From positions 5,392 to 69,391 of the forward strand of contig JBEPZZ010000004.1 in NCBI GenBank assembly GCA_041640575.1: a stretch of 64,000 nt of DNA, given 5' to 3'. This DNA comes from Pseudothermotoga sp. Its GTDB lineage: Bacteria > Thermotogota > Thermotogae > Thermotogales > DSM-5069. The number at the start of each line of letters is the position of its first letter. Position 1 is the stretch's first letter. Made by a program: the position numbers and the translations under genes. The notes under the pieces were generated by a model. That model was not told where the DNA came from and searched no databases. It saw only the letters and a list, made by a program, of their open reading frames with translations. Below, piece by piece: positions 22,703 to 29,626 of the stretch.

Positions 22703-23761
22703 ATGATCGAAGTTGTTGAAACCGTTGTATCGGAATTGAGAGAAAAGCTTGGGAAAATAGAAACTCAACTGAGTGACCCAAATCTCACAGCTGACCAAAT
22801 AAGAGAGCTTTCTGTGGAATACTCAAGGATAAGAGAAATCCTTCAAACTTACGAGGAACTTAAAAACTGTGAAGAGGAAATTGAATTTTGGGAGCAAGCG
22901 ATAAATGAAGATCCCACGCTCGAAGAAGAAGTAAATAAAGCAAAAATGCGCTATGAAAAAACTCTTTCACAGCTTATATCCTTGCTGTTGCCTACAGAGG
23001 ACCATACCAATGTGATAATGGAGATTCGCGCTGGAACCGGTGGCGAAGAAGCGGCTCTCTTTGCGGCTGATCTATTTAGAATGTATAGCCGATATGCTGA
23101 ACGAAAAGGTTGGAAGGTTGAACTTCTTGATTTTCACGACACAGGCCTAGGTGGGTTCAAGGAAATTGTATTTTCTATAACTGGTCAATCAGCATATAAA
23201 ATCCTACGTCTTGAAAGTGGTGTTCACAGAGTTCAAAGGGTTCCTGTGACCGAATCTTCAGGAAGGATACACACCTCAACAGCAACAGTAGCTGTCCTTC
23301 CGGAGGTCAGTGAAGTAGAAGTGGTCATAGATCCTAAGGATATCAAAATGGAAACTTGCAAAGCATCTGGTCACGGTGGTCAGTATGTTAACAAAACCGA
23401 ATCTGCAGTCAGAATAACTCACATTCCAACGGGAATAACTGTGGCTTGCCAGTCAGAAAGATCACAGCATCAAAACCGAGAGCGAGCTTTAGCAATCCTT
23501 CGTTCAAAACTGTACGAGATTAAGCTACTAGAAGTAAGCAGTGAAATTTCTCAACAAAGAAAGAATCAGATTGGAACCGCCGAGAGAAGTGAAAAGATTA
23601 GAACATACAACTTCCCACAAAATCGAGTTACGGATCACAGAATTAATTACACAACTTACCGACTCCAAGAAGTACTAGACGGTGATCTGGACGAACTTAT
23701 AACCAAACTGCTGGAAAACGAACTTGTCCAGCAAATGAAGCACAAGATCAAATCAGCTTAA
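22703..23761 (+). CDS. prfA: Peptide chain release factor 1
   Basis: EIRAGTGGEEA, GVHRVQRVPVT (PxT motif), GHGGQYVN, IRTYNFPQNR. Confidence 0.96.
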   Translation: MIEVVETVVSELREKLGKIETQLSDPNLTADQIRELSVEYSRIREILQTYEELKNCEEEIEFWEQAINEDPTLEEEVNKAKMRYEKTLSQLISLLLPTEDHTNVIMEIRAGTGGEEAALFAADLFRMYSRYAERKGWKVELLDFHDTGLGGFKEIVFSITGQSAYKILRLESGVHRVQRVPVTESSGRIHTSTATVAVLPEVSEVEVVIDPKDIKMETCKASGHGGQYVNKTESAVRITHIPTGITVACQSERSQHQNRERALAILRSKLYEIKLLEVSSEISQQRKNQIGTAERSEKIRTYNFPQNRVTDHRINYTTYRLQEVLDGDLDELITKLLENELVQQMKHKIKSA

Positions 23762-24024
23762 CGGCTATAAGTTTGTTTCGCAAGATTCTGATAAATCATG
23801 TTTACCAGCGGTTTGAGGTTTTCTCTAGCAGCCACTTTTGAATACTCGTAAAAGAGCATTTCCTTGAACCATTTTTCGCCAGAACTTTCCGGCAGAAGGT
23901 TGGACTTTGGAATGGAATGGTACATTTTTTTGAAAACATCATAGAAAATCGTCCCGACAAATTCAGTGCAAGCATCCCAAAGTCTGTCGTTACTTGATCT
24001 CAGGCTCGTAATTGAATAAAGCAT
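23758..24024 (-). CDS. flgJ: Short rod-binding (FlgJ N-terminal-like) protein
   Basis: 88 aa directly after flgI; pattern similar to the Rod-binding domain (FKKM...KWFKEML..EYSK). Confidence 0.6.
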   Translation of the reverse strand: MLYSITSLRSSNDRLWDACTEFVGTIFYDVFKKMYHSIPKSNLLPESSGEKWFKEMLFYEYSKVAARENLKPLVNMIYQNLAKQTYSR

Positions 24025-24025
24025 C

Positions 24026-25021
24026 TCACATCACCACCAGATCAGCCAACAATACCCCTGCTTTATGCATGGTCTGTAGAATCGCAACTATATCCTGAGG
24101 AGATGCACCCAAACTTTTCAAAGCGTTTATCAAATTACCAACAGTTGCTTCAGCTTCTTTGTCGGACAAAACTTTCCCATTTTTGACTGTTATGTTGAAA
24201 ACACCATAGGAGAGCGTGAAATCCAAAATTTTGACATTTCCACCAAAGACAACGGTACCGGTTCGTTCGTTAACAACAACCCTCGCGGGTAGATCAACCA
24301 TTACCTCGATTTCCTCTAAAAGAGAAAGAAAAGTGACAACATCATCTTCAAACGCTGATGGAATTTCAACTCTTACACTTGCTCCGTCGACTGCTTTTGA
24401 AATCCTCCTTGCAAAAGTTCTGTTGATAGCTTCTGCAACTCTTGCAGCAGTCGTAAAATCTGGCCTTGATATCAGTATTGTCACAGTATTTGATTCAACA
24501 AATTCGAATGGGATTTCTCTCTCAATTATTGCACCATTTGGTATGTAACCAACTATTCTGTTCTTCGTTTGCAAGTTTGCAGAAACCTTTACATTTGTAC
24601 CACCTATGCTTACGTTTCCTTGAGCCACCGCGTAAACATTTCCATCAGCCCCATAAAGTGGAGTTTGAATAAGCACACCACCTTCTAGTGATTTAGCATC
24701 TCCAATTGAAGCAACAACTACATCAAGCCTCATTCCTTCCTTGTAAAAAGGAGGAATGTCTGCTACAACCATGACTATTGCTGCATTTCTTGCCTTAAGA
24801 TCGTTTTGACTGATCGTAACGTTGAAAGCTTTTATCATGTTGGCTAGAAGTCCAGAATTTACGTTTCCAGAATCACCTGTACCGTTCAAACCTACAACTA
24901 AACCTATACCAAACAGCTGGTTATCCCTGGCTCCCCTAAAGGTGGCTATATCTTTTATTCGAGTCGTGCAAAGTGAAAATGTGGAGAGCAAAACCAAAAA
25001 AAACACAAGGTACTTTTTCAT
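24026..25021 (-). CDS. flgI: Flagellar P-ring protein
   Basis: RIKDIATFRGARDNQLFGIGLVVGLNGTGD, SIGDAKSLEGG, VVVNERTGTVV. Confidence 0.95.
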   Translation of the reverse strand: MKKYLVFFLVLLSTFSLCTTRIKDIATFRGARDNQLFGIGLVVGLNGTGDSGNVNSGLLANMIKAFNVTISQNDLKARNAAIVMVVADIPPFYKEGMRLDVVVASIGDAKSLEGGVLIQTPLYGADGNVYAVAQGNVSIGGTNVKVSANLQTKNRIVGYIPNGAIIEREIPFEFVESNTVTILISRPDFTTAARVAEAINRTFARRISKAVDGASVRVEIPSAFEDDVVTFLSLLEEIEVMVDLPARVVVNERTGTVVFGGNVKILDFTLSYGVFNITVKNGKVLSDKEAEATVGNLINALKSLGASPQDIVAILQTMHKAGVLLADLVVM

Positions 25022-25031
25022 AACCGTCACC

Positions 25032-25625
25032 TCACAAGAAGAACCTTGCCAAAGCTGAAAGTATGTAGTCCAACCATGACTCTTCACCAGGTCTCTGACT
25101 GAATACAAGCTGTCCATTTATCCATATTTGGCTGTTCGCAAGTTTTGAAGATTCTATCATGTTTCTCCCATCTATATCTTCATACCTAGCTATTCCTCGA
25201 ATAATAATTTCACTTAGTTGATCTCCTATTTTTATCTTTTTACTTCCTTCAAGAGTCAATTTGTTACCATCAACCGACACAACGACAGTAGAAACAGTGA
25301 AACTCACATTACTACTAATCTTTGCGGAACGTTGTTGAGCTGTATTGTTGTTAATGGGTATGAATTGGGAAAAGTCGAACTGTGTAATACCTTTAATTGT
25401 ACCTGTGACAAAATTTACCAATGCTTTTGCTAAAGAATCATATTCGCTCGAAGAGCTCATGTTTGGTGCTTCTCTCACAACAACTGTAACTATATCTCCA
25501 ACTTTGCTTGCCTTCTTATCAGCAAGTATATTCTTAAACGAACTGTTTGCCGAACTGTTCCAAAGCGACGTAGCATTTACTAAACAAGTTAAAAGTACCA
25601 TCAATATGATTAAAGATCTCTTCAT
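25032..25625 (-). CDS. flgH: Flagellar L-ring protein
   Basis: ADKKASKVGDIVTVVV, LEGSKKI, IIIRGIARYEDI...SSKLAN; lies between flgA and flgI. Confidence 0.82.
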   Translation of the reverse strand: MKRSLIILMVLLTCLVNATSLWNSSANSSFKNILADKKASKVGDIVTVVVREAPNMSSSSEYDSLAKALVNFVTGTIKGITQFDFSQFIPINNNTAQQRSAKISSNVSFTVSTVVVSVDGNKLTLEGSKKIKIGDQLSEIIIRGIARYEDIDGRNMIESSKLANSQIWINGQLVFSQRPGEESWLDYILSALARFFL

Positions 25626-25629
25626 TTTC

Positions 25630-26304
25630 TCAACTCCCTGAAACATAAATCTTATAATCACGACCAAGTATTCCTTGAATTAGAAATCCTGTTGACAAAT
25701 TTCGAGCCTTTACGACCTCTCCGAAGCGCGCATCTTGCATAACTCTTACCATTGCTGTTACAACAACTCCACCTATTTCTGCAACCGCCATCAAAACTTC
25801 TCCAGCTTTTACATCGGGCGGATATTGAACGTAAAAAAGATCTATTGGTTCATCTTCCCGAAACATCTTTTTGCTTATTTTGCCGACAATTTCATCGATA
25901 TTTTCCACGAATTTTCCTTTCTTCCCGAAGACGTTCATTTCTACAATTTTCAGATCCTCTGGTCGAATGATCTGTCCGCTTTTTATTATTCTCTTCGCAA
26001 CGACCACTTTCCTGTAGACAGCTACTTTTGCAAGAATTTGACCATATCTTAAAAAAGATCCATCTTTTGAAAGTCTCACAAGAAATCTTACATTATCCGA
26101 AGATACAAAATGAGAAAGTATATCGAAGCTATCGGCATTTTCAAAACTGAATTTGATTTCAAATGAGGTTATTGTGATGGAATCTCCATGATGAGAAACC
26201 AGGTAATTTTGAACGGCTTCCTTGAGTGCAGTTTCAAAATCAAAAGCAAAAATTACTGTAGAAATAATAAAAATGAGAAGGACGAACAAAGTCGACCTTC
26301 TCAT
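25630..26304 (-). CDS. flgA: Flagellar P-ring chaperone
   Basis: SAF-like VVVAKRIIKSGQIIRPEDL; C-terminal QDARFGEVVKARN; gene context. Confidence 0.82.
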   Translation of the reverse strand: MRRSTLFVLLIFIISTVIFAFDFETALKEAVQNYLVSHHGDSITITSFEIKFSFENADSFDILSHFVSSDNVRFLVRLSKDGSFLRYGQILAKVAVYRKVVVAKRIIKSGQIIRPEDLKIVEMNVFGKKGKFVENIDEIVGKISKKMFREDEPIDLFYVQYPPDVKAGEVLMAVAEIGGVVVTAMVRVMQDARFGEVVKARNLSTGFLIQGILGRDYKIYVSGS

Positions 26305-26324
26305 CACCAATCACCCGTCAAAAA

Positions 26325-27110
26325 TTATCTCTTCAACGTGCTTACGGTTCCGAGCATGTTGTCTGCTGTTTGAATCGTCCTAGCATTCAGTTCGTAAGCA
26401 CGCTGCGCAATTATCATATCCACCATTTCTTTCACAACATCGACGTTTGATTTTTCAAGATATCCTTGCTGAATGGCTCCAAAACCCTCTTGGTTTGGTA
26501 TGCCCTCTATCGGTGCACCTGATGCTGATGTCTCTACAAACAAGTTATCACCTATGGATTTCAAACCAGCTGGATTGACAAAGCGAACTAAAGTTATAGT
26601 TCCAAGGTTCTGTACCGTTCCATCTTGCATCTCAGCCGAAAAAATACCATCAGGCGAAATATTTATAGCAACAGCATCTGAAGGAACAACTATGTTTGGA
26701 ATCAAGGCAAGGCCATTCGCGGTTACAATTCTTCCTTCACTGTCCATCTTGAAAGTTCCATCTCTGGTGTACGCAGTTCTGCCATCTTGAAGTTGTATCT
26801 GGAAAAATCCATCCCCCATTATTGCAAGATCAAGCGCATTACCCGTGTGTTCGATGTTTCCAATAGTGAAGATTCTATTAGTTGCACTGAGTCGAGTCCC
26901 ATGCCCCACGTATATTCCTGTTGGTATTGTCGAATTCACAGCCGTCGGAGCCCCTGCATTCTTGTAATACTGGTAAATCAGATCTTGGAATTCTGCTCTG
27001 ACCTTTTTATAACCTGTTGTATCAACGTTGGCCAAATTGTTTGAAACAACATCCAATTTGTACTGCTGTGCCCACATTCCAGTTGCCGCTGAATAAAGCG
27101 AGATCATCAT
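26325..27110 (-). CDS. flgG: Flagellar distal rod protein
   Basis: SLYSAATGM, SNNLANVDTTGYK, TGNALDLAIMGDGFF, YTRDG, LEKSNVDVVKEMVDMI. Confidence 0.95.
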   Translation of the reverse strand: MMISLYSAATGMWAQQYKLDVVSNNLANVDTTGYKKVRAEFQDLIYQYYKNAGAPTAVNSTIPTGIYVGHGTRLSATNRIFTIGNIEHTGNALDLAIMGDGFFQIQLQDGRTAYTRDGTFKMDSEGRIVTANGLALIPNIVVPSDAVAINISPDGIFSAEMQDGTVQNLGTITLVRFVNPAGLKSIGDNLFVETSASGAPIEGIPNQEGFGAIQQGYLEKSNVDVVKEMVDMIIAQRAYELNARTIQTADNMLGTVSTLKR

Positions 27111-27123
27111 CTCAAATCGCCTC

Positions 27124-27873
27124 CTATCTCAAAGTTCCGACCTGAGAAATGAGTCTTGCCACAAGTTCGTCCTGAACAATAACTGCTTTCTGTGAAATCT
27201 CAAAATGTCTTTGCGCTTCAATCAAATTCACCATTTCTCTTACAGCGTTGACATTAGATAATTCGACATAGCCTGTCAGAATCCTAAAGTTCTCCGCGGC
27301 AACCGGTTGTCCACTTTCCTCGGTTTGTTGGAACAGTGTATATCCAAATTTTCTCAGATCTCTTGCAGATTCAAAATTGTAAACAGCAATCCTCGTGATT
27401 GGTTGATTCAAGGAATCTCTCACATATCCCTGTTCATCTACAGTGTATCCGTACTCAAATCTAATCGCTTCACCGTTGAAATCTAACAACCTTAATCCAT
27501 CAGCATTTACTAAGTATCCTTCTGCATCAAGCTTGAGATTTCCAGCACGAGTGTAAAAAGTTTCCTCTCCCCTTTGGACTGCGAAAAAACCTTCTCCTTC
27601 TATCGCCAAATCCAAAGGATTCCCTGTGTATTGAATTGTCCCCTGTGAAACATCGTTGTAAACCCTATCCAAAACGGCGCTATAAACAAACGTTCCTATT
27701 GGTTGTTTCTTGTTTGGTAGTGCATATATTTCTCTTTCGTGATAGGCTCTGAAGGCCAATTTGTCCTTTTTGTAACCAATGCTATCAACATTAGCAAGGT
27801 TGTTCGCCGTTGCATCAATTTTGCTCACATCTAGGAGCATACCCATTGCGGCTGTGTAAATTCCTCTTATCAA
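27124..27873 (-). CDS. flgF: Flagellar rod protein FlgF/FlhO-like
   Basis: IRGIYTAAMGM, ANNLANVDSIGYK, TGNPLDLAIEG, YTRAG, VELSNVNAVREM; probable TTG start 27873. Confidence 0.8.
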   Translation of the reverse strand: MIRGIYTAAMGMLLDVSKIDATANNLANVDSIGYKKDKLAFRAYHEREIYALPNKKQPIGTFVYSAVLDRVYNDVSQGTIQYTGNPLDLAIEGEGFFAVQRGEETFYTRAGNLKLDAEGYLVNADGLRLLDFNGEAIRFEYGYTVDEQGYVRDSLNQPITRIAVYNFESARDLRKFGYTLFQQTEESGQPVAAENFRILTGYVELSNVNAVREMVNLIEAQRHFEISQKAVIVQDELVARLISQVGTLR

Positions 27874-27878
27874 TCCCA

Positions 27879-28889
27879 TCACCTCGTGTACGAAATAGCA
27901 ACAATTTTCAGCAACTCTTCGTCCTCAAGCAATATACCTGTGCCCTTAGCAACACAAGTCACTGGATCCTCAGCAACTATAACCTTAACACCTAGCTCTT
28001 CAGCCATCACCGTATCCAAACCTCTTAATAAAGCTCCACCACCGGTTAAAACAATTCCCTTGTTGATTATGTCCGCTGCCAGTTCTGGAGGAGTTCTCTC
28101 AAGAACCGCTTTGATTCGTCCTAAAATGACCGTCACCAGTGGTTGCAAAGTTTCCATAACATCTTCTGACGATATTTTGTCTGTTCTTGGCAATCCCGTG
28201 ACGGCATCTCTTCCTTTGATTTCCATTTCATATGTTTCCATGTTTGGGTGGACCTTTCCTATTTTTATTTTCACCTGTTCCGCAGTTGGTTCACCTATTA
28301 CCAATCCATACTTTTTTCTGACAAAGCGTACAATAGCTTCATCCATAGCGTCTCCAGCAATCTTTATCGAATCTCCAACGACAACACCGCCAAGACTTAT
28401 CACCGCTATATCTGTAGTTCCACCGCCTATATCCACCACCATACTACCTTCTGATTTCGTCACGTCAATGCCAGCACCTATTGCGGCAGCTAACGGCTCT
28501 GAAACAACATGAACCTGCCTTGCACCAGCATTTAAAGCAGCTTCAAAAACCGCTCTCCTTTCGACGCTGGTTGCTTTCGTTGGAATACCTATCACCAGTT
28601 CTGGCTTGAAAAAGAAGGATTTTTTCACTGTTCTCTTGATAAACTCTTTTATCACCGCTTCTATAGTTTTGTAATCAGCTATCACACCATCCTTCATAGG
28701 TTTCACAGCTTTGTAGTACTCTGGGGTCTTACCTAACATTTTCTTGGCTTCCTCACCAATGGCAACTATTTCTCCGGTTTTCTCGGATATTGCAACAACA
28801 GAAGGTTCAAAGATTACTATACCTTTTCCTCTTTGATAGACAATAAAACTTGCCGTACCAAGATCTATACCTAAATCACCTTTTGACAT
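27879..28889 (-). CDS. mreB: MreB/Mbl actin-like rod-shape protein
   Basis: GIDLGTA, EPSVVA, VSEPLAAAIG, VDIGGGTTD, LTGGGALL; ATG 28889 after GGAGGTG (the ORF-track extension runs through the tRNA). Confidence 0.95.
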   Translation of the reverse strand: MSKGDLGIDLGTASFIVYQRGKGIVIFEPSVVAISEKTGEIVAIGEEAKKMLGKTPEYYKAVKPMKDGVIADYKTIEAVIKEFIKRTVKKSFFFKPELVIGIPTKATSVERRAVFEAALNAGARQVHVVSEPLAAAIGAGIDVTKSEGSMVVDIGGGTTDIAVISLGGVVVGDSIKIAGDAMDEAIVRFVRKKYGLVIGEPTAEQVKIKIGKVHPNMETYEMEIKGRDAVTGLPRTDKISSEDVMETLQPLVTVILGRIKAVLERTPPELAADIINKGIVLTGGGALLRGLDTVMAEELGVKVIVAEDPVTCVAKGTGILLEDEELLKIVAISYTR

Positions 28890-28920
28890 TCTTTTGCACC
28901 TCCCTTTTGTTTGAAAAACC

Positions 28921-28997
28921 TGGTGTGCCTGGCGGGAATCGAACCCGCAACCTCTGGATCCGGAGTCCAGCGCTCTATCCATTTGAGCTACAGGCAC
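28921..28997 (-). tRNA. tRNA-Arg (anticodon CCG)
   Basis: 77 nt; acceptor GTGCCTG/CAGGCAC + ACCA, D-stem GCTC/GAGC, anticodon arm CTGGA-CTCCGGA-TCCAG, T-arm GCGGG-TTCGATT-CCCGC. Confidence 0.96.
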
Positions 28998-29626
28998 ACA
29001 AGCATTCCATTCTTCGAAAGAAAAGGTTTAAATTGGTCACATCTTTGTTCAACAACAATCATATCAAATGGACTTTGTTTTTCCAGTTCCTTAAAGCTTT
29101 TCTCCACAGAAAAACCCAATTTGTAGAAAAGATAAGCATAATAAGGATCTGTCTGGAAAATTATGGCATCATTTGAAGCTGCTCTCACATCAGAAACCTC
29201 AGCCAATAGGATCTTGCCACGGTAATTTTTAATCGTGTCCAGAATTTCTTCTGGCAGCATCTTTGCTGGTTTGATCTCGTATAACACCATTTTCGAAGAC
29301 ATAAACTCCTGAAAAAGCTGTGTCGCAACCAGTTGATCTATATTACTTCTTCCTTTGAAAAGTTTACTTGTCAGTCTCTCATCAATCATATAGACCTTTT
29401 TATTCAATCTCTTTTCAAGCTTTTCTGCAAATTCAACTGTTTCAAAAGTTTGCAATGAATACCGACCACTCATGGAAAATGGCAACCCAATAACTATTGC
29501 TTCAACATCAAGCCTTGAAAGTTCTTCTATCACTTTCTTTGGGGAAGTAATGAAAACTTTCGATGGAATTTTGTTCCCTATGGCCACTCCACACCTCGTC
29601 CTACCATAATCTATTGCCGCAATCAT
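28988..29626 (-). CDS. yqgF: YqgF/RuvX pre-16S rRNA nuclease-like protein with ~90-aa C-terminal extension
   Basis: IAAIDYGRTRCGVA, IVIGLPFSMSG, IDERLTS, IDQLVA. Confidence 0.85.
   Translation of the reverse strand: MIAAIDYGRTRCGVAIGNKIPSKVFITSPKKVIEELSRLDVEAIVIGLPFSMSGRYSLQTFETVEFAEKLEKRLNKKVYMIDERLTSKLFKGRSNIDQLVATQLFQEFMSSKMVLYEIKPAKMLPEEILDTIKNYRGKILLAEVSDVRAASNDAIIFQTDPYYAYLFYKLGFSVEKSFKELEKQSPFDMIVVEQRCDQFKPFLSKNGMLVCL

Noticed and set aside
23758-23761. Overlapping convergent stops prfA/flgJ (and abutting stops at 50595/50596)
   Set aside because: Common in compact Thermotogota genomes; no specific signal
27886-28512. 208-aa plus-strand ORF and the many other 60-145 aa ORFs antisense to or nested in conserved genes
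   Set aside because: Ser/Thr/Ile-rich shadow translations of real genes, with no RBS or motif support
28890-28997. ORF-track N-terminal extension of MreB (MPVAQMDRALDSG...)
   Set aside because: It is a translation of the tRNA-Arg gene; the real start is ATG 28889 after a strong RBS
28860-29060. Integrative element at the tRNA-Arg 3' end
   Set aside because: No integrase, no duplicated tRNA 3' end elsewhere in the window, and the flanking genes are core
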